From Hyalangium minutum (GTDB taxonomy: Bacteria; Myxococcota; Myxococcia; Myxococcales; Myxococcaceae): a stretch of 248,000 nucleotides of DNA. The notes under the pieces are model-generated. The model was not told where the DNA came from, ran no database searches, and worked only from the letters and a program-made list of their open reading frames with translations. Position 1 is the first letter of the stretch; every line of letters begins with the position of its first letter. Below, in pieces: positions 200,280-209,964 of this stretch. The position numbers were made by a program, and so were the translations under genes. The DNA is taken from assembly GCF_000737315.1 (NCBI RefSeq), contig NZ_JMCB01000008.1:20001-268000 (forward strand), written 5' to 3'.

Positions 200280-201314
200280 TTACTCCTTCTTCTTGGAGTT
200301 GCCGGATGGAGTCCCGCTTCTCCCCGCCGCACGGCGCATCTCCGCAGCCAGCCAGCCGCGAAACACGTACGTGCTTGTGAAGGACGGTTGCTCATCCGAG
200401 TCCACGCTCGCAATCCCCACGAGCGCACGTGCAGTCCCCTTCTCCCGAAAGCAGGGCCCTCCCATATAACCGTTGTAGAGCAACGCCCCCTGCTGTTCGT
200501 ACAGGATCCTTCCCTCCAGGGAGACGCTCTGGACCTGGACACGCCGGGAGTAGCGGACGCGCATGAAACCACCGATTGCCTGGGGGGTGTTCCGGACATG
200601 CCCCGCCATGACCAGGGCCTCGTTGCTCTGGACTTCCGCATCCGCCAACGGAACGCCTGAGTGCCCGGCCGCGACAGGCGTGTCCAGCACGATGGCCGCG
200701 AGATCCGCCTTGCTCGAAACAACGGCTCCCCGCGCATCGAGGCGAAGTTCCAGGTCCGGATGGGGACGAACCTCCCCTTGGTAGAGCTGAAACTTCACCT
200801 GCGTTGCCGTCTCCTTGTATTGCTTGTCCAAAACCTCCCCGTAGATCGCTGTTGCCACGCCGACACGTTTCGCACAGGCAGAACTGTCGATGAGCGTCTT
200901 CTCGATGGTGCCTGGTGTCTCAACTGAATGCGGCGAGCAAACACAGCTCCCGGCGGTCAGCACCAAGTGAGGGCTCACGAGCACACCGCTGCACTCCACC
201001 GAGTCCAGCGGGTTCCCCTTCGCGATCATCACGGTGGCGACGTAGCGGTTCCGGTCGTCCATCTCTCCGGCGTACGGGTCCATGTCGCGTTCGAGGACGC
201101 CAGTCTCGCGGAGCTGCTCGGTGGCGTCAGGAAGTCCCTCCTCCACCATGAGTTGCTCAGGAAGACTGTCTTCGGAGGCCGGCTCCTCTGTCTTGCTCTT
201201 GCAACCGGCCGCTCCAAGCCCCAGCGCCGCCATGACGGCGAAGAACAGCGTATAGGCTGCACGCGACATTCGGGGCTGGGGCATCAGGCCTCTTCCGGGG
201301 CTCGGGTGGAGCAA
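200280..201314 (-). CDS. Trypsin-like pseudoprotease lipoprotein
   Basis: TAGSC (His lost), GYMGGP (Ser lost). Confidence 0.7.
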   Translation of the reverse strand: MLHPSPGRGLMPQPRMSRAAYTLFFAVMAALGLGAAGCKSKTEEPASEDSLPEQLMVEEGLPDATEQLRETGVLERDMDPYAGEMDDRNRYVATVMIAKGNPLDSVECSGVLVSPHLVLTAGSCVCSPHSVETPGTIEKTLIDSSACAKRVGVATAIYGEVLDKQYKETATQVKFQLYQGEVRPHPDLELRLDARGAVVSSKADLAAIVLDTPVAAGHSGVPLADAEVQSNEALVMAGHVRNTPQAIGGFMRVRYSRRVQVQSVSLEGRILYEQQGALLYNGYMGGPCFREKGTARALVGIASVDSDEQPSFTSTYVFRGWLAAEMRRAAGRSGTPSGNSKKKE

Positions 201315-201377
201315 GCCCCTCGGCTACAGCAACAACGGCGCCCCGCCCGAACACTCCAAGCGGGGCCACTCGGCAAG

Positions 201378-201944
201378 TCAGTCTTCCTTGCCGAGCATCC
201401 CGTCCTTCAGGTCATCGTCCACGGGCTTGGCGCCGAGCCACACCCCGAAGAGCGCGTCCGCGAAGTCCTTGCCCTCCAGCGTGAGCGCCTCTCCCGCCTT
201501 GCTCTGCACCTGCGTGCCCTTGCCCGGCACATAGGTGATCGTCAAGTCGTCGCCCTTCTTCAGATCCGGCACCGCGCCCTTGAGCTTCTCCAGCCGGTCC
201601 TTCAGCGCCGGCAGCGCCGCCTTGCTGTTCTTCTCGATGCCGTCCGCGATGGCGTCCGTGATCTTCGCCTTCTCCAGATCGCGCAACATCACCATGCGCA
201701 CGCGCTTGGTCTGATCCGAGCTGATCACCTGCGCCGCGTCCTGGCTCACCGTCTCCACGTAGAGCGCCGCCGCGTACACCTTGAAGATGGCCTTGGTGCG
201801 CAGCCCCGCTCCGTTCAGCTTCAGCTCCTTGCCCTCCACGGAGACCGTGTCGGGGAACTTCACCCCCGCCACTTCCTTCTCCTTGGCCAGGGCCGGCAGT
201901 GCGAGGGTCAGGGACAATACCAGGGCGGACAGCGTCGCTTTCAT
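201378..201944 (-). CDS. Chalcone-isomerase-like secreted protein
   Basis: LNGAGLR...KVY..ALY, VWLG..P. Confidence 0.8.
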   Translation of the reverse strand: MKATLSALVLSLTLALPALAKEKEVAGVKFPDTVSVEGKELKLNGAGLRTKAIFKVYAAALYVETVSQDAAQVISSDQTKRVRMVMLRDLEKAKITDAIADGIEKNSKAALPALKDRLEKLKGAVPDLKKGDDLTITYVPGKGTQVQSKAGEALTLEGKDFADALFGVWLGAKPVDDDLKDGMLGKED

Positions 201945-201981
201945 GGACTTCCTCCCGTCAGTGTGGAGCTACGACGCCAGC

Positions 201982-203070
201982 CTAGCCGTGTTTCTTCACG
202001 AACTGCTCCATGAAGGCCACCAGTGTCTTCACGTTGTCCACTGTCACCGCGTTGTACATGGACACGCGGATGCCTCCCACGCTGCGGTACCCCTTGAGCC
202101 CCACCATCCCCGCCTTCTTCGCCTCGGCCACGAACGTCTCATCCAGCGCCTCGGTCGGCAGCCGAAACACCCCGTTCATGTACGAGCGCGACCCCTTCTC
202201 CACCGGCGCCCGGAAGAAGTCCGCGTGGCGATCGATCATCCCGTACAGCAGCTCGCCCTTCTCCCGGTTCCAGCGCTCCAGCTGCGGCAGCCCGCCCACG
202301 CTCTTGATCCACGCCAGCACGTTGCGGCACAGGTAGATCGAGAACGTCGGCGGCGTGTTGTACAGCGAGTTGTTCTCCGCGTACGTGCTGTAGCGGAAGA
202401 TCTTCGGGATGTTCGTGCTCCCCTTCGCCATGAAGCCCTTGTCGATGATCACCAGCACGATTCCCGAGGGCCCCACGTTCTTCTGCGCCCCCGCGTAGAT
202501 CATCGCGAACTTGCTCACGTCGATCGGCTTCCACAGCAGATCCGAGCTCATGTCCGCGATCAGCGGCACGCTCCCCACCTCCGGGAACGTGTGCCACTGC
202601 GTCCCGTAGATGGTGTTGTTGCTCGTCATGTGGACGTAGGCCGCGGCCGGATCCAGCTGCATCTCCTCCTGCTTCGGGACGCGCGTGTACCGTTTGTCCG
202701 CGTTGATCGTCGTCGCGGCGATGCGCGACTGGCCGTAGTACTTCGCCTCGTCCCGCGCCTTCTCGCTCCAGACCCCCGTCATCAGGTAGTCCGCGCTCGT
202801 CTCCGGCGTCAGGAAGTTCATCGGCACCTGAGCGAACTGCTGCGAGGCGCCCCCTTGCAGGAACAACACCTGGTGCGTCGAGGGGATGCCCAACAGCTCG
202901 GTCAGCAGGGAAATGGCCTCGTTGTGGACGGCCTCGTACTCCTTGCCCCGATGGCTGTGCTCCATGATGGACATTCCGGTCCCCTGGAAGTCGAGCAGCT
203001 CTTCCCGGGCTCGCTCCAAGGCCGGCTGGGGTAGACCGGCAGGACCGGCATTGAAGTTGATGACGCGCAT
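201982..203070 (-). CDS. serC: Phosphoserine aminotransferase
   Basis: NFNAGP, HR, GGAS, GAQKN.GP, NTPP. Confidence 0.95.
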   Translation of the reverse strand: MRVINFNAGPAGLPQPALERAREELLDFQGTGMSIMEHSHRGKEYEAVHNEAISLLTELLGIPSTHQVLFLQGGASQQFAQVPMNFLTPETSADYLMTGVWSEKARDEAKYYGQSRIAATTINADKRYTRVPKQEEMQLDPAAAYVHMTSNNTIYGTQWHTFPEVGSVPLIADMSSDLLWKPIDVSKFAMIYAGAQKNVGPSGIVLVIIDKGFMAKGSTNIPKIFRYSTYAENNSLYNTPPTFSIYLCRNVLAWIKSVGGLPQLERWNREKGELLYGMIDRHADFFRAPVEKGSRSYMNGVFRLPTEALDETFVAEAKKAGMVGLKGYRSVGGIRVSMYNAVTVDNVKTLVAFMEQFVKKHG

Positions 203071-203202
203071 GGCTGTGTCCTTTTAGGAAGGGAACCGCAC
203101 CGCCATTCTCTCCGACCGGCCTCCCAGGGCCAGTCAGAAGCGCACACAGTGTGCGGCACAGAGCGTGTGGCCGGCAGGGCATTGCGGAGGTCTGGAGGTC
203201 AG

Positions 203203-203778
203203 GTGGGTTCCTCGGAGGAACTGGCACAGTGGGTTCGGCGGGCCGCCGGTGGGGATGCGTCCGCCTTCGGTGAGCTGTACCGGCGCACAAGGCCCCAGGT
203301 GGCCCGGCTGACCGCCGGGTTCGCCACGCTGGACGCAGATGAGGTGGAAGACGTGATTCAGGAGACCTACGTCCGAGCGTTCAAGGCGCTCCCCCGGCTC
203401 AAGGACGCCACGGCGTTCGAGGCGTGGCTCCTGGCCATTGCCCGCAACCGGGCCCGCACCCGCCTGGAGCGCAAGAGCCACCTGCGGCGAATGGAAGAGG
203501 AGACCCCGGATCCCCAGCCCGAGGCCGTCCCTCCCCTCCCCGAGGCCCTCCAGGTGGAGCGGGACATTGCCGAGGTGCGTCAGCTCATCGCCGAGCTGCC
203601 CGAGGGCGAGGAAAAGAAGACCGTCCAGCTCTTCTACTTGGAGGGAGAGCTGTCCGCGCGGGAGATCGCCGAGAAGCTCGGCGTCGGCAAGAGCGCGGTG
203701 ACCATGCGCCTGGAACGGTTCAGGGCGCGCATCAAGCGGAAGCTGCTCCAGCGCGTGCTCGCCGGACGGTGGGAGTGA
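203203..203778 (+). CDS. ECF sigma factor
   Basis: EDVIQETY, AWLL.IARN, VTMRL. Confidence 0.85.
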   Translation: MGSSEELAQWVRRAAGGDASAFGELYRRTRPQVARLTAGFATLDADEVEDVIQETYVRAFKALPRLKDATAFEAWLLAIARNRARTRLERKSHLRRMEEETPDPQPEAVPPLPEALQVERDIAEVRQLIAELPEGEEKKTVQLFYLEGELSAREIAEKLGVGKSAVTMRLERFRARIKRKLLQRVLAGRWE

Positions 203779-203782
203779 TGTC

Positions 203783-204565
203783 ATGAAGCACCTCGATGCG
203801 CAGGCGCTCAGCGCGCTCGCCGCCAAGGACCCCGAGGCGGTGGCCTACTTCCGGGAGCACCTGGCCTCCCCCTGTGACACCTGCGAGGAGTTCCTTGCCC
203901 AGTCCACCACCGATGGCCTCGATGGCCAGGTCGACGCCCTCCTGCTCGCCCTCGCTCCTCGCAAGGCCGCCGCCCACGACGAAGTGGGCTGGATGCGCCT
204001 CAAGCGACGCCTGCGCACTTCTGCCCACGCCGGGCGCTGGGTCGGCGCGGCCGCGGCGCTGGCAGCCTGTCTGCTGGCGGTGGTGCTGGTACCCAAGCTG
204101 GTGAAGGCGCCGGAGCAGGCGCAACCCTGGAATGGGGTGAAGGGCTCCAGCCGCATTGCGCTGGAGCTGGCAGCGGTGGCCCGGGGCTCGGACGGACAGT
204201 TACGGCGGCTGGATCAGGGGGCGGCGGTGCCCTCGGAGGATGTGCTCCTGCTGCGCTACCACGCCACCGAGGCGGGCAGCGCCCTGCTCTTCCAGCAGAC
204301 GGGAGACAGGGAACCCGAGCTGCTCGGCAGCTTCCAGCTGGAGGCGGGGACGCATGATCTCGAGGGCCCGCAGGGGCTGGCAGGGGTGAGCCTCTCGGGC
204401 GAAGAGGGCCCTGTCACCCTGTGGCTGGTGGCCACTGCCGCGGGTGAGCCGCTGTCGCCCAATGAAGTCCAAGGGGTGCTTGCGGGCAGCAAGGGCCACG
204501 GGGAGAACCCGCTGTCCACCGCACGGTTCGACGTCTTCGTTCAGACCGGTCAGAATCCCCGCTGA
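203783..204565 (+). CDS. ZAS-like anti-sigma with TM and periplasmic domain
   Basis: HLASPCDTC, TM, GVKG. Confidence 0.7.
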   Translation: MKHLDAQALSALAAKDPEAVAYFREHLASPCDTCEEFLAQSTTDGLDGQVDALLLALAPRKAAAHDEVGWMRLKRRLRTSAHAGRWVGAAAALAACLLAVVLVPKLVKAPEQAQPWNGVKGSSRIALELAAVARGSDGQLRRLDQGAAVPSEDVLLLRYHATEAGSALLFQQTGDREPELLGSFQLEAGTHDLEGPQGLAGVSLSGEEGPVTLWLVATAAGEPLSPNEVQGVLAGSKGHGENPLSTARFDVFVQTGQNPR

Positions 204566-204568
204566 CCC

Positions 204569-206209
204569 GTGAAGCGCCTGCTCCTCATGTTGCTCGGGGC
204601 CCTCGTGGCCTGCGCGAGCCCCTCGGCCCAGGAGAAGGGCGGCCTGGTGCCGCTCCGACTCGATGAGGCGGCCCTCTCCACCGCCTATGCGCCCCGGCGC
204701 ATCGCCCTGTTGGTGGGCATCTCCGAGTTCCAGGATCCCCAGTGGCGCAACCTGCGCTACTCCGAGAAGGACGCCACGGATCTGGCCGCCGCGCTGAAGG
204801 ATCCGGCGCGCGGGCATTTCGATCAGGTGCGCATGCTCACGCGCCCCGAGCAGACGACGCGCGCGGCCATCCTCTCCGCGCTGCACGAGCTGCAGCGGGA
204901 GGCCACCCGGCCGGATGACGTGGTGGTCGTCTACTTCTCCGCGCACGGCACGCTGGCGAGGGACGGACAGGGCGAGCTGAGGCGCTACCTCGTCACCCAG
205001 GATGCTTCGTACCGCTCCATCTCGCAGACGGCCCTCTCCATGGACGTGCTGAAGGCGGAGTTCGACAAGCTCCCCAGCCGGCGGCGGCTGCTGGTGCTGG
205101 CCACCTGCCACAGCGGCAGCGGCAAGTCGCTGCTGCCCAAGGAGCTGGAGGCGGAGCTGACGGGCATCAAGTCCGGCTTCTACGCGCGCCCCCTGGAGGA
205201 GTCGAGCCGGGCTTCCATGGTGTTCGCCGCCTGCGACTGGGGCGAGACGGCCCGCGAGGACGAGGGGCTGCGCAACGACATCTACACGTACTTCCTCATT
205301 GAAGGGCTCAACGGCAAGGCGGACCGGAACATGGACGGCGCCGTCACCGCCACCGAGGCGCATGACTACGCGCGCCGCCGCACCTTCGCTTTCACCCAGG
205401 GGCGCCAGCGCCCGTCGGCGGAGATCCTCGAGGTGGGCGCGGATCCGGTGGTGCTCTCCGGCAGCATCAACCGCACGGGGCGCCCGGAGCTGTTCTCCTA
205501 CAACCCGCGGCTGGACGGCTTCACCCTCAAGGTGGACGGAGAGCCGCGCACGGAGCTGCCCGGCGGCACGGCGGTGGTCCCTGGCAAGCGCACCGTGGAG
205601 CTGACCAAGGGCGACGCGGTGCTGGTGCGGCGGGAGATCGACATGACCGCCGGCGAGCGCCTGCCTTTGGAGGAGCTGCTGTCGGACACCTTCCCGCGAC
205701 GCTCGCTCGCGCTGGTGGGCGGAGTGTTCTCCTTCGTGGACGGCAAGAGCCGCGCCGAGCTGCTGCCCGCCTCGCCCGAGGTGGCCGCGGTGCTGCGGCT
205801 GGAGGACAAGCCGCTGCAGGACTTCGCGCTGCTCCTGGATGTAGGCGGCATCCGAGGCCAGCACCGCCTGAAACTCGCGCCCGGCTCCGAGGTGCCCTTT
205901 GGCTACACCCGCCTCTCCGTGGGCGTGGGCATGCCGTATTTGTGGCGGTGGGACCGGCTGTCACTTTATGCAGGACCGCGTGTGGCCGCTCTCTACCTCC
206001 GGCGGTCCTTCCAAGTGGAGGCATTCACCGGTGGGCAGAACTACTTCACCGTGAGCCCGGGCGTAGTGGGTGGCATGGTGTGGCGGCTGGGTGACAGGCT
206101 GGAGCTGACCTCTCAGGCCCAGGTCATGCTCACGTACGTGGTGGTGGACGGACAAGGACAGGCGGTGGGGTTCACCGGCGGCTGGGCAGGCATGGGGTAC
206201 CGGTTCTGA
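204569..206209 (+). CDS. Lipidated caspase (C14) fused to C-terminal beta-barrel
   Basis: LVAC lipobox, YFSAHG and LATCH dyad, terminal YRF. Confidence 0.8.
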   Translation: MKRLLLMLLGALVACASPSAQEKGGLVPLRLDEAALSTAYAPRRIALLVGISEFQDPQWRNLRYSEKDATDLAAALKDPARGHFDQVRMLTRPEQTTRAAILSALHELQREATRPDDVVVVYFSAHGTLARDGQGELRRYLVTQDASYRSISQTALSMDVLKAEFDKLPSRRRLLVLATCHSGSGKSLLPKELEAELTGIKSGFYARPLEESSRASMVFAACDWGETAREDEGLRNDIYTYFLIEGLNGKADRNMDGAVTATEAHDYARRRTFAFTQGRQRPSAEILEVGADPVVLSGSINRTGRPELFSYNPRLDGFTLKVDGEPRTELPGGTAVVPGKRTVELTKGDAVLVRREIDMTAGERLPLEELLSDTFPRRSLALVGGVFSFVDGKSRAELLPASPEVAAVLRLEDKPLQDFALLLDVGGIRGQHRLKLAPGSEVPFGYTRLSVGVGMPYLWRWDRLSLYAGPRVAALYLRRSFQVEAFTGGQNYFTVSPGVVGGMVWRLGDRLELTSQAQVMLTYVVVDGQGQAVGFTGGWAGMGYRF

Positions 206210-207270
206210 TGCGCCAGACACTGCACATCGCGATGGTGGTCGGGCTGGCGCTCGGCGCGCTCGGGTGCGGAGAGCTGGAGAACGCCCCGTTCCGCCTCGG
206301 CACGGTGCAAGGCCGCCTCACGGAGAGCGATGCATCCGTGGCCCTGGTCGCCGTCATGGGAGCCCCCGAGCTGCGCAGCACCCTGGCGGCGGATGGGAGC
206401 TTCAAGCTCGAGCAGGTCCCCGCGGGGCAGGCCGAGCTGTTCATCATCGCCTCGGCGAGCAAGGCCCTGCGCGTGTCGCTGATCGTCCAGGGCGGGCAGT
206501 CCGTCACCGTAGGCTCGCTGACCCCCAAGGAGGCCAGCTTCCTCGCGTTGCGGCTGAAGGCTCCCTCGCACGAGCCCGTGGAGCAAGCGCAGGTGACGCT
206601 GGTGGGCACCCCCATGCTGCCGCTGCAGCCGGACGAGCATGGGCGCCTGAGCGTGGGGCCACTTCCGGATGGCTGCTACACGCTGAGCATCTCCGCCCCT
206701 GGCTTCCCCGATGTGGCGTCCGAGACATGCTTGGGCTCCGGAGAGACCCAAGAGGTGAAGGTAAACCTCCCCGCCCCGAGCAAGAAGTGCGAGCAGACGG
206801 GCTGCTCGCAAGGCTTCGTCTGCGCGCAGAACGGCCGGTGCGTGGAGTGCCTGGACGACTCGCACTGCGTCTCCGGGCTCTCCTGCCGCGGCATGCGCTG
206901 CGAGGGCGAGGCCCCCGTCTGCACCTCCTGCGAGGGGGACTGGCAGTGCGGCTCCAAGGCGAGTTGCCAGGAGTTCGCCGATGGCTCCAAGGCCTGCGTG
207001 ACGTCCTGCGCGAACGCCAATCAGTGCGAGGATGGCTTCACCTGCCAAGCGGGCCGATGCCTGCCCGACGAGGCCCAGTTCAATGGCTGCCCGGCATACG
207101 TCAAGCTGGGTACCTCGTGCGACAACCCGGTGCTGTGCCGGAACCAGGGGCTCGTCAACGGGCTCTGCGTGGGAGGCCGCTGCACCATCCCATGCGACAC
207201 CGGCCGGGTGTGCCCGGAGGAGTTCTCCTGCGAGAACACCAGCGACGGGCGCGTGTGCATCTCCGAGTAG
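206209..207270 (+). CDS. Lipoprotein with carboxypeptidase-regulatory-like and Cys-rich domains
   Basis: ALGC lipobox, many C..D..C motifs. Confidence 0.7.
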   Translation: MRQTLHIAMVVGLALGALGCGELENAPFRLGTVQGRLTESDASVALVAVMGAPELRSTLAADGSFKLEQVPAGQAELFIIASASKALRVSLIVQGGQSVTVGSLTPKEASFLALRLKAPSHEPVEQAQVTLVGTPMLPLQPDEHGRLSVGPLPDGCYTLSISAPGFPDVASETCLGSGETQEVKVNLPAPSKKCEQTGCSQGFVCAQNGRCVECLDDSHCVSGLSCRGMRCEGEAPVCTSCEGDWQCGSKASCQEFADGSKACVTSCANANQCEDGFTCQAGRCLPDEAQFNGCPAYVKLGTSCDNPVLCRNQGLVNGLCVGGRCTIPCDTGRVCPEEFSCENTSDGRVCISE

Positions 207271-207294
207271 CGGAGGAGCCCAGGCGCCTCCGCC

Positions 207295-208008
207295 TCACGG
207301 CGTGAGGATCAGTCCGTCCGCAACGCACTCGTCCACGGCCCGCCGCACGTCCTGCTCCGCCGCGCCCGTGGCCGCTGCCACGTCCGCCACCGCGAACCCC
207401 TCCACCGCCATCTTCAGCACCAGGAGCGCGCGATCATGGGCCGCCATGAACCACGTGTTGAGCTGGCGCGGGTGCCGCCACAGGAGCGCCATCTCGTCGC
207501 CCGCCGCCGGCGCCGGGGCCGCCGCCTTGCTCCGAACGTAGGCGCAGAGCCGGTACGGGTGCTGGAGCACCGCCAGCGTGGGGTTGACCGTGAGCCGCTC
207601 CACGCGCTCCGGTACCCGCTCCTCGGAGGCATACACCGCCCAGTCGGCCCACTCGAAGCGCGCGAGCGCGGGGAGGAACTCCGGCAGCCCCTGGTCCGCC
207701 GTCACATCCGCCACATAGGCCGGGAAGGACTCTCCCGCCTGGTTCATCTCGAAGTGCCGCGCGGGGCGCGTGGGGAAGTAGCCCTTCACCAGCACCTCCC
207801 AGCGCTCCGCCCCCACCACCGCCTTCACCAGTGGGTAGAGCTTCTCCACCACCTCGCGCACGTGCGCCTGCACGAACTCCCCATACAGCGCCACGCGCGA
207901 GTCCGGCGCCTCCCAGCCCGGGTGCGCCGCGCGCAGCCGCTCCAGCCCCGCAGGGTCCGCGAAGTACTCCGTCATCGAGTTGAAGAAGTGCCGCAGCCCG
208001 GGCCTCAT
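207295..208008 (-). CDS. DUF2063-type MNIO partner protein
   Basis: R..LY, LARFEW; follows DUF692. Confidence 0.75.
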   Translation of the reverse strand: MRPGLRHFFNSMTEYFADPAGLERLRAAHPGWEAPDSRVALYGEFVQAHVREVVEKLYPLVKAVVGAERWEVLVKGYFPTRPARHFEMNQAGESFPAYVADVTADQGLPEFLPALARFEWADWAVYASEERVPERVERLTVNPTLAVLQHPYRLCAYVRSKAAAPAPAAGDEMALLWRHPRQLNTWFMAAHDRALLVLKMAVEGFAVADVAAATGAAEQDVRRAVDECVADGLILTP

Positions 208009-208850
208009 CGCGCCACCTCCTTCAGCACGGCGCGCGCCTGATCCGCCTCGTCCAGCACCGCCTCCAGGGAGGGGATGTCCTGATCCCACTCGATCAGCGT
208101 GGACACCGGCCCGGTGCGCTCCACCACGTAGCGGTAGAGCGACCACACGTCGCCGGGCACGGGGCCGACATGGGTGTCGATGATGACGTCCGGGTAGCGC
208201 GTATGCCCGGCCATGTGGAGCTGCACCACGCGATCCAGCGGCAGCGCGTCCACGAAGGCGCGCGGGTCATACCCGTGGTTCTGCGCGTTGACGTAGACGT
208301 TGTTCACGTCGAGCAGGAGCCCACAGTCGGCCTGCTCCACCACGTGCCGCAGGAAGGTGGCCTCCTCCAGCGTCCCGCCCGGCATGCGCGCGTAGTAGCT
208401 CGGGTTCTCCAGCAGGAAGGGCCGGCCCACCCGCGCCATCACCTCGCGGACGCGAGGCACCACGTACTCGACCGCCTCCTCGTTGAAGGGCAGCGGGAGC
208501 AAGTCATGCAGGTACACCCCACCCAGGCGCGTGTAGCAGAGGTGATCCGAGAAGAAGGGCATGTCCAGCTCCTTCACGAGCGCGGACAGCCGGGTGACAT
208601 AGTCCTCATCCAGCGGATCCGGGCCGCCGATGTTGAGCCCCACGCCGTGCGAGAGCAGCGTCCAGCGCTCCTTGCAGGCCTCCAGCGTGTGCCGCGAACG
208701 GCCGCCCAGAGACAGGAAGTTCTCGGGGATGATCTCCAGCCAGTCGACCGTGCGCTCGGTGCGAGGCAGCGTCTCGTAGAAGCTGCGCCGGAGCCCGATG
208801 CCAGCCCCCAGTGGTCTCAACCCATGCCTCTGCGCGTAGCTCTCGGACAC
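208005..208850 (-). CDS. DUF692 multinuclear non-heme iron oxidase (MNIO)
   Basis: EI.PEN, HGV, SDHL, ENP, LDVNN, HMAGH, IDTH, EWD. Confidence 0.9.
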   Translation of the reverse strand: MSESYAQRHGLRPLGAGIGLRRSFYETLPRTERTVDWLEIIPENFLSLGGRSRHTLEACKERWTLLSHGVGLNIGGPDPLDEDYVTRLSALVKELDMPFFSDHLCYTRLGGVYLHDLLPLPFNEEAVEYVVPRVREVMARVGRPFLLENPSYYARMPGGTLEEATFLRHVVEQADCGLLLDVNNVYVNAQNHGYDPRAFVDALPLDRVVQLHMAGHTRYPDVIIDTHVGPVPGDVWSLYRYVVERTGPVSTLIEWDQDIPSLEAVLDEADQARAVLKEVAR

Positions 208851-208928
208851 TGTGCAGCTCCTCGGGGAGAAACAACACGGGCGGCGGGAAGAGTCCTCCC
208901 CACCGCCCGAGCTCACTGCGAAAGCTGC

Positions 208929-209183
208929 TTACTTCTTGTTGGCGCAGGTGCCCTCGCCGCAGCTGGCGTTGGTGCCCTTGGCCTCGGTGGCACCCTTACA
209001 AGAAGCCTCGGTGCCCTTGGCCTCAGTGCCACCCTTGCAGGAGGCCTCGGTGCCCTTGGCAGAGGACTCGGTGGTGGCGGCGCCCTCGGTGGACCCCTCA
209101 GCGGCCTTGTTGGACGCACAGCCGGTGGCCAGCGCGCCGAGAGAGAGGGTACCAACGATGGCAGCCAGAGCCTTGACGTTCAT
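208929..209183 (-). CDS. MNIO RiPP precursor lipopeptide
   Basis: LATGC lipobox; three AKGT(E/N)ASC repeats, ends GEGTCANKK. Confidence 0.75.
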   Translation of the reverse strand: MNVKALAAIVGTLSLGALATGCASNKAAEGSTEGAATTESSAKGTEASCKGGTEAKGTEASCKGATEAKGTNASCGEGTCANKK

Positions 209184-209231
209184 GGATGATTCTTCCTTTC
209201 GGGACTGCATTCGGTACTGCGGGGGGGACTG

Positions 209232-209870
209232 CTACAGCTTGAACTGGGTGGAGCCCCAAGCGTCCACCGACACATCGGCCATCTCGGCCACCTTGAGGAT
209301 GAGTGCGCCCGTTCGGTTGATCTTGTAAGCCTCAAGGGGAATCTGGAACTTGGCGCGCACGCGGAGCAGATCGCCCGGGGCGCGCTTGCCCGTGTCCTCG
209401 GACTCCTTCAGGTAGAAGGCGGTGACTTCCACCGGCTCCTCGCGCGTCACGCCGTGGATGGAGAACTTGCCCTGCGTCTTCAGCTTCACGGACTTGCCCG
209501 GCTCCAGCGGACCCGGCAGCACCAGATCCTTGAACTCGACGACGATGTCCGGGTACTTCGCCGCGTCCAGCCACTTCTCGTTCTGCAGGTGGCCATCGCG
209601 CGTCTCATTGCCCGTCTTGATGGAGCTGACCGGGACGGCGAGCTTGCCGGAGGCCTTGTTGCCCTCCACGGTGATGGAGCCCTTCACCTGGTTGGACAGG
209701 CCGTTGATCACTTCCAGTGGTGCATCCAGCACGAAGGTGATGGTGTCGCGGTTGTTCGGATCATTGAAGACGAAGGTCTGCTTGGCGGGAGCGGCAGGAG
209801 CCTTCGGCTGAGCGACAGCGGCCAGGGGCAGCAGGGTGGCAAGGCACAGCGCGGCGAAGCGTACGAACAT
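209232..209870 (-). CDS. YceI-family protein
   Basis: SIKTG...RD.HL, F.IHGVT. Confidence 0.85.
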   Translation of the reverse strand: MFVRFAALCLATLLPLAAVAQPKAPAAPAKQTFVFNDPNNRDTITFVLDAPLEVINGLSNQVKGSITVEGNKASGKLAVPVSSIKTGNETRDGHLQNEKWLDAAKYPDIVVEFKDLVLPGPLEPGKSVKLKTQGKFSIHGVTREEPVEVTAFYLKESEDTGKRAPGDLLRVRAKFQIPLEAYKINRTGALILKVAEMADVSVDAWGSTQFKL

Positions 209871-209964
209871 ATCGGCCTCTCTACGGATGCGGCTGCAAGG
209901 TGGATGCATGAGGTACGCGCGAGCGGGGATCCTGGTTACAGGCCGGAACTCGAATCTCCGTCCA

